A stretch of 63,690 nucleotides of DNA, counting the filler, from Guillardia theta CCMP2712 (lineage: Eukaryota > Protista > Cryptophyta): the NCBI RefSeq assembly GCF_000315625.1. It is 4 parts of 4 records of this genome, joined end to end, with 100 filler letters (N's around TTAATTAATTAA, not from the genome) between each part and the next. Parts side by side here need not be neighbours in the genome. Positions count along the whole stretch, not along the records: positions 25,485 to 56,180 come from NW_005434507.1; 3 more parts are not named here. One strand, written 5' to 3'. The position numbers and the translations under genes are program-made. Shown here piece after piece: positions 45,091-55,211 of the stretch (position 1 is the first letter of the stretch; each line of letters opens with the position of its first letter). The notes under the pieces were generated by a model that was given only the letters and a program-made list of their open reading frames with translations, was not told the DNA's origin and searched no databases.

Positions 45091-47670
45091 GGATGAAGGA
45101 AGGATGGGATAAAGAGGAGAGGGATTGTTTCTTGAAGAGGTCTTGAGAATAATGCTCGTTGGATCTGGGTGGTATGTTGCTTCCTTCCATGCAGACCCAT
45201 CACAGCACTCCTTCAATCGCACTGACGTAAGAGATCATCGCCTCCAGTCCTGATCAACTCCCTCTGGTGATGTTGTACACACAGCCGTCGAGACCATGTA
45301 GAAAGTCAATCAGGAGCTAGCGGCTCAATAGCACAGCGGCAAGCAGGTCAGGCTACTGTTGCTTGCTAGGACAGACGGTGGATCGAGCAAAGGGTCAGTC
45401 AGTTGCAGCTAGGAAAGTTGAGGAGCCATCGACCGGCGCTGTCTCTCGTCATCTGTCAAGTGAGGTGGCTCAAGAACTGAGGGCTAGGATCACAGGCTTG
45501 CCAGTCTGGGTAGTCGTGGGGAGTAGTGCCAGGGTTCGGAGCCGGCCGGGACCACTGGCGCAGCAGCAGCACCGGAAACCATCGAACTCGCCCGCGGCTG
45601 AAAGCTGCATGCTCGACCGTACCCTGAGTCAATCCAGCCGGCGGGAACTGAGGGAGGCAAGCGGACCAAATGGAACTCCGAAAGCGGTGGGTGCCGGGTA
45701 GACAGTGAGCTTTTGCCGCGCGACAGCCGGGCCCGAAGTCCCGAAGGCCCCCGGCCCGGCCACCGATTCCGGGGATGCCCGTCAGAATCGTCGCCGAACT
45801 TAATGATCACTGAGCCAATCCAGCCGACGCTATCACATGCAACTTCAATTCAAGCGGCAGACATGCACTGATGATAAAACCCCTCATGTCCGGGGCCCTA
45901 CGAAACTAGCCACAAGGACTCTCTTTACTCAAAGTTAAGTTTAAAATAAGTTTTTGTCTTTACTACTGTCCTTGAGATTTCGCTTAACTTTCAACGGTCT
46001 CCCCTTGCATGCAATCGATTGGTTGACATTTTTTGTTTCGTGGACAGTCGAGAGGACCGGTCCTTCCGAGTGAGTTGCGCTGGGTGGAGTGTGGGTAGGG
46101 GGTGTCGCGGACCGGGGAACAAACTGGCAAGGGAACGGGACTCCGGGAAGGGGTTGGGTAGCATTGGTAGGAGGGGTGGGTGGGTAGAGGATGCGACCCA
46201 TGCATGCAACCCATGCCCCAGTATAAAAACATGTCAAGAAACCTTCTCCTCCCTCCCTCCCTCCCTCCCTCCCTACCTGAAGGACTGTCTGCATGCCTTC
46301 CTCGTGCTGACCCCCTTCATCTGACTCCTCGTCTACCTCCTCGTCCTCGTCTCGTCTTGCCCATGTCGGTTCATTATCACTGATGACTATGGCTGACGGC
46401 ACAAGGACTCCAAGTCTAGTGCTGCAAGGCCCCCACGGGGTCCTGGACAGCGTGGTGGAGTACTCGACAGCCTCGAGCAGGAGCCCATCAAGCTCGCGCG
46501 TCTCAAGTACATCCGGCGGCGGACTCAGCCAACTGCAAGGATCAGACACGAAGGCTCGCGGTCGGACTGTTAGAAGCAGCACAGTGATGTCGAATGGCAT
46601 GTTTGGAGTGAAGCTAAGCTTCTATGAACCAGCTCATACATCGAGTGCATTCAAAGAAATCAACCGATGCGTCAATGAAGCAATCGAGGGCACAAAGCCC
46701 CAACGGATCGCTCCATCGCAAGCTGTCAGCTTCCAAGCCGTCATCGGATCCGATGCCTCCTCTGTGCAAACCGATTGCATCAAGCAGCGCAGCCGTCTTG
46801 ACTCATCCTTGACACAGGCAACAACATGAGGGTCATTGACAGATCTGCTTTAGCTTCCTCCAACACCAGCCCGATCGTCAGCGATGGCTTGAAGGAAACA
46901 AGCCTGGAGACTGGATCACCGTGATGAAACAGACAGCCTACCCGGAGCCATCAAACGCCTGTCAATCGGATGACTCGCAGCGTTGCCACCTGGCCTAGAC
47001 AAGTAGCGAGAGGATGGCTTGAGGTAGGTCCGGGCTGGAGGTGCAAGGTATGGCTTGACAGTGCTTCAGTGGAGCTTCACCCACGCCTTCAACAACAAGC
47101 AATGTTGGTAGTAAGACGCTCATAGCAGTCGACTTGTGCGATCCATCCGGTTACTGCAAGAGCAGACCTGGTCGAGGCCTGGGGACCTTTTGACAACCTG
47201 ATCCTCGCTCAATTTCGCACATGCCATACTCGCTCCATACGTCGTGGGCGTGCTCGACTTGTTGAAGCTGCAGAAGTAGTAGTTGTAGGTGCCCAGCATC
47301 ACGCTGTAGACGATGAAGGCCAGCAGAACCACAAAAGACGAGTCGATCTGCTTCTCACAAGCTCTCCTTGTACTGTCTCTACGTGTCGAGTCGTGATCGT
47401 GATGCCTGGCATGCTCGTCCACCAGACCTTCCGTCAGATGCCCCCCTTGCCACTCATCATGCAGCGGCCTTGTCCCTCACACCCACCCTCCCTCCGTCCC
47501 TTTCTCCCTCGGTCCCTGCCTGCCTGCCATTTTGAAACAGCAGCATGCATGCCTTGTTCGCCTGTCATACGCTTTTATTTTTGTCCCCTTCCTCCCCGTC
47601 CCACAATTACCTTGCCCTCCTCCCTCCCCTCGATTTCCGCCCTCTCTCCTCTCCTCTGCGCTCTCAGCCA

Positions 47671-48330
47671 CTACCGCCCTCCCTCCCCTGGCCCTCGCCG
47701 CATCATCTCCGTCCAGGTAGACTGCATGGGCTCCTCCTTCAGACGCTCCTCCTCCGCGATGCTCTCGAGGACCTCGTTGCGGTTCCTGACCATCAGCCCT
47801 TGACCCGCCGTCATGACCCCCCTCGCGTACTCCGGCCTCAGCACCTTGCTGATCGCCGCACGGCTCTTCCCGTACATCCTCGACAGGTCTCGCTGCCGCA
47901 TAGACCGTTTCCCCGTTGGAGACACTGGCGCCGAGTAGTAGAGGCAGACGATGTCGGCCTTGTCCTGCGCGGTCAGCCGGCTCCTGCCCCTGCACGCCGA
48001 GCTGTGCTTGCTCCGCGCCGCCGCGTCCCAGCGGCTGGTCTCCGGGCCCCGGCAGGCGTCTGCGGGAGCGGTGTCGTCGGGGAGAGGCAGGAGGACGTCG
48101 AGGGAGGGGTCGTCGGTCAGGGAGAGGTCAGGGACAGGTATTGTGCAGGGAGTGCCAGGGATCAGAAAGGAGTTGAAGATGTCTAAAGTAGACGAGGAGA
48201 AGCAGCGGTCTAGAGAGGTAAAAGAGGGGTCTGAGACATCGACGGGGTCGATGGGGAGGAGGAAGGAGGGGTTGAAGGATGGGTCGTCTAGGAGGAGGGA
48301 GGAGATCGCGAGGATGTAAGGGGGAGACAT
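47671..48330 (-). CDS. HTH family copy 8 (B-type, 219 aa)
   Basis: RSRLTAQDKADIVCLYY...RQRDLSRMYGKSRAAISKVLRPEYA with the B-type tail MVRNRNEVLESIAEEERLKEEPMQSTW. Confidence 0.8.
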   Translation of the reverse strand: MSPPYILAISSLLLDDPSFNPSFLLPIDPVDVSDPSFTSLDRCFSSSTLDIFNSFLIPGTPCTIPVPDLSLTDDPSLDVLLPLPDDTAPADACRGPETSRWDAAARSKHSSACRGRSRLTAQDKADIVCLYYSAPVSPTGKRSMRQRDLSRMYGKSRAAISKVLRPEYARGVMTAGQGLMVRNRNEVLESIAEEERLKEEPMQSTWTEMMRRGPGEGGR

Positions 48331-48973
48331 CAGGGAGGGCAGGAAGGACAGAGGCCTTCCGAGTCGAGGAAGAAAGGAACTTGTCGGAGCAATGCGTCAG
48401 ATGATGGGGAGGAGCAGGTCGTGGGAGAGGGTGGGGAGAGTAACCTTGTATGCGATATTCCCCGTGCTGACAGGAAGGCATGCAGGGAGTGTCTTGAAAG
48501 ATTTCTCGTACCGGTGATATTGAGGGGGAATAGAGGGGTGGTAAAGGGTGGAGGAGGGTCTACTCCACATGAAAGACTGTGAGCGCCGAAGCGTCGCTTT
48601 ACTACGACTGATGGGATCACGTCCTGTGACTTTTAAAGCCTGGTGAATTGTAACAAGTAAACTTTTTTTTGACTTCCAATGACCCGTTTTCTTTGGGGCA
48701 AGGAGGGGTCTGATTCCGTGTCCAAGGAGAGGGTGGGGGTCACGCGGATCGGGGAACAAGAGGTCTTGGGTCCTAGTAAAGCCAAAAAGCAACAAGGACA
48801 ATGTTGGCGTCTCAATACAAGAGGACCGGTGATGGAATCTTGCCGTTGATGGAGGGGTGGGGGGCTTCTTGAAGGACCCCTCCTCCCCAGAAACATCCCA
48901 TTTCCATTTCCGCGCTGAATCATCCTCTTCCGATCCTCGTGTAGCCCAGCACCTCCCATCCGTCCCCTCAGCG

Positions 48974-49552
48974 ATGTATCCTCCTCTGTTTGATATCCCC
49001 CCTTCCTTCCTGCTTGACGACGCCTCCCTCAACCCCTTCCTCCTCCTCCCCATCGACCCCGTCGACATCCAAGATGACCCCTCAGGCTCCGCTACCCCTG
49101 ACGCCCTCCTTCCCTCCATCACTCTTTCAAGCCCCGACGACCCCTCCCTCGACGTCCTCCCGCCTCTCCCCGACGACACTGCCCCCGCAGACGCCTGCCG
49201 GGGCCTGGAGACCAGCCGCTGGGACGCGGCGGCGCGGAGCAAGCACAGCTCGGCGTGCAGGGGCAGGAGCCGGCTGACCGCGCAGGAGAAGCTCGACATC
49301 GTCTGCCTCTACTACTCGGCGCCAGTGTCTCCAACGGGGAAACGGTCTATGCAGCAGCAGGACTTATCGCGAAGGTACGGCAAGAGCCGTGCGGCGATCA
49401 GCAAGGTGCTGAGGCCGGAGTACGCGAGGGGGGTCATGACGGCGGGTCAAGGGCTCAAGGCGAGCAGGCGGGCGATGGTGCTGAGGAACATCGCGGAGGA
49501 GGAGCGGGGGAGGCTGCTTGCGCTAGGGAGGAGTGGAGAAGGTGTTGCGTGA
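48974..49552 (+). CDS. HTH family copy 9 (A-type)
   Basis: Intact ORF, divergent from copy 8 across ~640 bp. Confidence 0.8.
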   Translation: MYPPLFDIPPSFLLDDASLNPFLLLPIDPVDIQDDPSGSATPDALLPSITLSSPDDPSLDVLPPLPDDTAPADACRGLETSRWDAAARSKHSSACRGRSRLTAQEKLDIVCLYYSAPVSPTGKRSMQQQDLSRRYGKSRAAISKVLRPEYARGVMTAGQGLKASRRAMVLRNIAEEERGRLLALGRSGEGVA

Positions 49553-52071
49553 GGATGAAGGAAGGATGGGATAAAGAGGAGAGGGATTGTTTCTTGAAGA
49601 GGTCTTGAGAATAATGCTCGTTTGATCTGGGTGGTATGATGCTCCCTTCCATGCAGAGCCATCACTGCATTCCTTCAATCGCACTGACGTAAGAGATCAT
49701 CGCCTCCAGTCCTGATCAACTCCCTCTGGTGATGTTGTACACATAGCCGTCGAGACCATGTAGAAAGTCAATCAGGAGCTAGCCTCAATAGCAAGCAACT
49801 AGCACGTCAGGCTACTGTTGCTTGCTAGGACAGACGGTGGATCGAGCAAAGGGTCAGTCAGTTGCAGCTAGGAACCGAAAGTTGAGGAGCCATCGACCGG
49901 CGCTGTCTCTCGTCATCTGTCAAGTGAGGTGGCTCGAGAAAGGGCTAGGCTCACAGGCTTGTCTGGGTAGTCGTGGGGAGTACCGCGGAAGTTCGGAGCC
50001 GGCGGCGGGACCGTATCGGACCGTGCCGGCAGCAGCAGCACCGGAACGGGGGCCCATCGGGCTCGCCCGCGGCTGAAGGCTGCATGCTCTATGGATCTCA
50101 CTCGTGCTAGGGCAGTCACTGAGTATCGGAACCGTACTCTGAGTCAATCCAGTCGGGGAGGGAGGCAAGCGGACGGCAAATGGAAAGCGGTGGGTGCCGG
50201 GTGGACTGAGCTTTTGCGACAGCCGGGCCCGGTCACCGGGTGTCCAAAGGCCCGAAGGCCCCCGGGCCCGCCGGTCCCGGGGGCATGCCCGTCAGAATCC
50301 GAGGGCCGCCGACTCTCACTTAACGATCACTGAGCCAATCCAGCCGACGCTATGCAATTCAAGCGGACATGCATAAAACCCCTGATGTCCGGGGCCCTCC
50401 GAAGGTATACTAGCCACAAGTACTCTCTTTACTCAAAGTTAAGTTTAAAATAAGTTTTTGTCTTTACTACTGTCCTTGAGATTTCGCTTAACTTTGTCGC
50501 CCCCTGCATGCAATCGATTGGTTGACATTTTTTGTTTCGTGGACAGTCGACTCCGAGGACCGGTCCTTCCGAGTGAGTTGCGCTGGGTGGAGTGTGGGTA
50601 GGGGGTGTCGCGGACCGGGGAACAAACTGGCAAGGGAACGGAAGGGGGTTGGGTAGGATCGGTAGGAGGGGTGGGTGGGTTCGCTCCATCCCTACCTGAC
50701 CGACTGTCTGCATGCCTCCCTCGTGCTGACCCCCTTCATCTGACTCCTCGTCTACCTCCTCGTCCTCGTCTCGTCTTGCCCATGTCGGTTCATTATCACT
50801 GATGACTATGGCTGACGGCACAAGGACTCCAAGTCTAGTGCTGCAAGGCCCCCACGGGGTCCTGGACAGCGTGGTGGAGGACTCGACAGCCTCGAGCAGG
50901 AGCCCATCAAGCTCGCGCGTCTCAAGTACATCCGGCGGCGGACTCAGCCAACTGCAAGGATCAGACACGAAGGCTCGCGATCGGACTGTTAGAAGCAGCA
51001 CAGTGATGTCGAATGGCATGTTTGGAGTGAAGCTAAGCTTCTATGAACCAGCTCATACATCGAGTGCATTCAAAGAAATCAACCGATGCGTCAATGAAGC
51101 AATCGAGGGCACAAAGCCCCAACGGATCGCTCCATCGCAAGCTGTCAGCTTCCAAGCCGTCATCGGATCCGATGCCTCCTCTGTGCAAACCGATTGCATC
51201 AAGCAGCGCAGCCGTCTTGACTCATCCTTGACACAGGCAACAACATGAGGGTCATTGACTCCAACACCAGCCCGATCGTCAGCGATGGCTTGAAGGAAAC
51301 AAGCCTGGAGACTGGATCACCGTGATGAAACAGACAGCCTACCCGGAGCCATCAAACGCCTGTCAATCGGATGACTCGCAGCGTTGCCACCTGGCCTAGA
51401 CAAGTAGCGAGAGGATGGCTTGAGGTAGGTCCGGGCTGGAGGTGCAAGGTATGGCTTGACAATGCTTCAGTGGAGCTTCACCCACGCCTTCAACAACAAG
51501 CAATGGTGGTGGTAAGACGCTCATAGCAGTCGACTTGTGCGATCCATCCGGTTACTGCAAGAGCAGACCTGGTCGAGGCCTGGAGACCTTTTGACAACCT
51601 GATCCTCGCTCAATTTCGCACATGCCATACTCGCTCCATACGTCGTGGGCGTGCTCGACTTGTTGAAGCTGCAGAAGTAGTAGTTGTAGGTGCCCAGCAT
51701 CACGCTGTAGACGATGAAGGCCAGCAGAACCACAAAAGACGAGTCGATCTGCTTCTCACAAGCTCTCCTTGTACTGTCTCTACGTGTCGAGTCGTGATCG
51801 TGATGCCTGGCATGCTCGTCCACCAGGTCTTCCGTCAGATGCCCCCCTTGCCACTCATCATGCAGCGGCCTTGTCCCTCACACCCACCCTCCCTCCGTCC
51901 CTTTCTCCCTCGGTCCCTGCCTGCCTGCCATTTTGAAACAGCAGCATGCATGCCTTGTTCGCCTGTCATACGCTTTTATTTTTGTCCCCTTCCTCCCCGT
52001 CCCACAATTACCTTGCCCTCCTCCCTCCCCTCGATTTCCGCCCTCTCTCCTCTCCTCTGCGCTCTCAGCCA

Positions 52072-52731
52072 CTACCGCCCTCCCTCCCCTGGCCCTCGCC
52101 GCATCATTTCCATCCAGGTAGACTGCATGGGCTCCTCCTTCAGACGCTCCTCCTCCGCGATGCTCTCGAGGACCTCGTTGCGGTTCCTGACCATCAGCCC
52201 TTGACCCGCCGTCATGACCCCCCTCGCGTACTCCGGCCTCAGCACCTTGCTGATCGCCGCACGGCTCTTGCCGTACATCCTCGACAGGTCTCGCTGCCGC
52301 ATAGACCGTTTCCCCGTTGGAGACACTGGCGCCGAGTAGTAGAGGCAGACGATGTCGGCCTTGTCCTGCGCGGTCAGCCGGCTCCTGCCCCTGCACGCCG
52401 AGCTGTGCTTGCTCCGCGCCGCCGCGTCCCAGCGGCTGGTCTGCGGGCCCCGGCAGGCGTCTGCGGGAGCGGTGTCGTCGGGGAGAGGCAGGAGGACGTC
52501 GAGGGAGGGGTCGTCGGTCAGGGAGAGGTCAGGGAGAGGTATTGTGCAGGGAGTGCCAGGGATCAGAAAGGAGTTGAAGATGTCTAAAGTAGACGAGGAG
52601 AAGCAGCGGTCTAGAGAGGTAAAAGAGGGGTCTGAGACATCGACGGGGTCGATGGGGAGGAGGAAGGAGGGGTTGAGGGAGGGGTCGTCGAGGAGGAGGG
52701 AGGAGAGCGTGAGGAGGAGAGGGGGAGACAT
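52072..52731 (-). CDS. HTH family copy 10 (B-type, 219 aa)
   Basis: Intact ORF, near-identical to copy 8. Confidence 0.8.
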   Translation of the reverse strand: MSPPLLLTLSSLLLDDPSLNPSFLLPIDPVDVSDPSFTSLDRCFSSSTLDIFNSFLIPGTPCTIPLPDLSLTDDPSLDVLLPLPDDTAPADACRGPQTSRWDAAARSKHSSACRGRSRLTAQDKADIVCLYYSAPVSPTGKRSMRQRDLSRMYGKSRAAISKVLRPEYARGVMTAGQGLMVRNRNEVLESIAEEERLKEEPMQSTWMEMMRRGPGEGGR

Positions 52732-53381
52732 CAGGGAGGGCAGGAAGGACAGAGGCCTTCCGAGTCGAGGAAGAAAGGAACTTGTCGGAGCAATGCGTCA
52801 GATGATGGGGAGGAGCAGGTCGTGGGAGAGGGTGGGGAGAGTGACCTTCAACCGTATGCGATATTCCCCGTGCTGACAGGAAGGCATGCAGGAGTGTCTT
52901 GAAAGATTTCTCGTACCGGTGATATTGAGGGGGAATAGCGGGGTGGTAAAGGGTGGAGGAGGGTCTACTCCACATGAAAGACTGTGAGCGCCGAAGCGTC
53001 GCTTTACTACGACTGATGGGATCACGTCCTGTGACTTTTAAAGCCTGTGAGTTGTAAGAAGTAAACTCTTTGACTTCCAATGACCCGTTTTCTTTGGGGC
53101 AAGGAGGGGTCTGATTCCCATTCCAAGGAGAGGGTGGGGGTCACGCGGATCGGGGAACAAGAGGTCTTGGGTCCTAGTAAAGCCAAGAAGCAACAAGGAC
53201 AATGTTGGCGTCTCAATACAAGAGGACCGGTGATGGAATCTTGCCGTTGATGGAGGGGTGGGGGGCTTCTTGAAGGACCCCTCCTCCCCAGAAACATCCC
53301 ATCTCCGCGCGCCTCAGTCACCAGCATTTCTCCTCTTCCGATCCTCGTGTAGCCCAGCACCTCCCATCCGTCCCCTCAGCG

Positions 53382-53714
53382 ATGTATCCTCCTCTGTTTG
53401 ATATCCCCCCTTCTATCCTTGTTGACGACGCCTCCCTCAACCCCTTCCTCCTCCTCCCCATCGACCCCGTTGACATCCACGACCCCTCAGGCTCCGCTAG
53501 CCCTGACGCCCTTCTTCCCTCCATCACTCTTTCAAGCCCCGACGACCCCTCCCTCGACGTCCTCCCGCCTCTCCCCGACGACACCGCTCCCGCAGACGCC
53601 TGCCGGGGCCCGGAGACCAGCCGCTGGGACGCGGCGGCGCGGAGCAAGCACAGCTCGGCGTGCAGGGGCAGGAGCCGGCTGACCGCGAGGAAGGATGGGA
53701 TAAGGAGGAGATGA
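53382..53714 (+). pseudogene. HTH family copy 11 (A-type, HTH deleted)
   Basis: ...GRSRLTA is fused directly to the A-type 3' flank AGGAAGGATGGGATAA. The result is a 110-aa product with no HTH. Confidence 0.75.
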
Positions 53715-54557
53715 TCAACTATGAGTTTTCATTTTTGTTGGTTTTATCTGCTTTCGTTTTCGGATGATCAGCGCATTTAGCACTGTGGGATCGGCATACT
53801 TGATGGAAATTTCATGTTCTGCATTAATGTTCACATTCAGCGCTTTTTAGATTTCACAACAGTGATTTCGATATATTATTGTTTGATGGTGCATCGCCAA
53901 TGAATCGTTAGCAGGTCTGAGACGCAGGAGGAGGAATCAAGATTTTGGGGATTGAAAAGACGACTGGGAGAGGAGACGTTTACAAGCCTAAGGGAGAAAT
54001 GACTTGTAGAAACTGGTAAAGTAAACTAGTACTTTTCATGTCCTACGGAAACACCCGAGTGTTCGTTGCTTTTAATCGCATCTTGTCAGAAAGATTCAGC
54101 TGGGGCCACTTTTAAACCCCTGCATTGTAAGATGTAAATGTACAAATGACTGGATTGTTAAGAATCTAGTAAACCAATGCTGCTACGCTGTCCGGCGGCC
54201 GAATAAAATCTGTGCCGATCGAATGCTCTTGAGTGGGTAGCCCCATTCTTGTTTACTACCTGGTAGCGATAAGCCACGGTATTGCGACGCTACAGTACAT
54301 TGTCAGAAAGATGTGTTAAGGCAACGGGTCGGACAAGGCCGACATAGTTGAAAAGATTTCATTTCAACTCCTTTGATGAATGCGCTGTAAAGTTAAAAAA
54401 AAAAGGATGCCGGGGAGTCTGTCGGGGGAATGTCGCCTGCTATATAATCAGCTACCTCCCTTCCCACCCCCACCCCCCTTCTTCCACATCTGCTAGCCGC
54501 TCCCTCGTGCTTGCCTGCCTACGAATCTCTTCCCCCCCTTCTCTCCAACCACCTTCA

Positions 54558-55211
54558 ATGTCCCTCCCTCTATCCCTCTATCCTTCTTATCTACTAGGCA
54601 GCGAAGACCCCTCCTTCAACCCCTCTTTCCTTCTCCCCATAGACACCGCCGATGTCTCAACCTCCGACCGCCTCAACAACCATTTCTTCATCTCTTCCTC
54701 TTGCCACGATGTCTTAATCCTCCTTCCTCCTCCCTGCACAATACCTGTCCCTGACCTCTCCCTGGCCGACGACCCCTCCCTCGACGTCCTCCCGCCTCTC
54801 CCCGACGACACCGCTCCCGCAGACGCCTGCCGGGGCCCGGAGACCAGCCGCTGGGACGCGGCGGCGCGGAGCAAGCACAGCTCGGCGTGCAGGGGCAGGA
54901 GCCGGCTGACCGCGCAGGAGAAGCTCGACATCGTCTGCCTCTACTACTCGGCGCCAGTGTCTCCAACGGGGAAACGGTCTATGCGGCAGCGAGACCTGTC
55001 GAGGATGTACGGCAAGAGCCGTGCGGCGATCAGCAAGGTGCTGAGGCCGGAGTACGCGAAGGGGGTCATGACGACGGCTCAAGGGCTCATGGTCAGGAAC
55101 CGCAACGAGGTCCTCGAGAGCATCGCGGAGGAGGAGCGTCTGAAGGAGGAGCCCATGCAGTCTACCTGGATGGAAATGATGCGGCGAGGGCCAGTGGGAA
55201 AGAGGGGGTAG
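54558..55211 (+). CDS. HTH family copy 12 (B-like, inverted, divergent N-terminus)
   Basis: MSLPLSLYPSYLLGSEDPSFNPSFLLPID..., followed by the HTH and a B-type tail. Confidence 0.8.
   Translation: MSLPLSLYPSYLLGSEDPSFNPSFLLPIDTADVSTSDRLNNHFFISSSCHDVLILLPPPCTIPVPDLSLADDPSLDVLPPLPDDTAPADACRGPETSRWDAAARSKHSSACRGRSRLTAQEKLDIVCLYYSAPVSPTGKRSMRQRDLSRMYGKSRAAISKVLRPEYAKGVMTTAQGLMVRNRNEVLESIAEEERLKEEPMQSTWMEMMRRGPVGKRG

Larger units (their letters stand above)
39610..53714. repeat. Tandem segmental array, about 3 units of ~4.4-4.6 kb
   Basis: Equivalent anchors: A-type ATGs at 39913, 44512, 48974, 53382; B-type ATGs at 43659, 48330, 52731; middle ORF at 41771, 46383, 50802. Units are near-identical with unit-specific indels. 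Confidence 0.9.

Noticed and set aside
47477-48319. Conserved overlapping and antisense ORFs across HTH copies (MQGQEPADRAG..., MSSFSCAVSRLL...)
   Set aside because: These are alternate frames of a GC-rich, recently duplicated coding sequence with no independent domain signal.
25485-55211. HTH genes as intact pogo/Tigger transposons
   Set aside because: The ORFs stop ~30-50 aa after the first HTH. No second HTH, DDE domain, TIRs or TA duplications were found.
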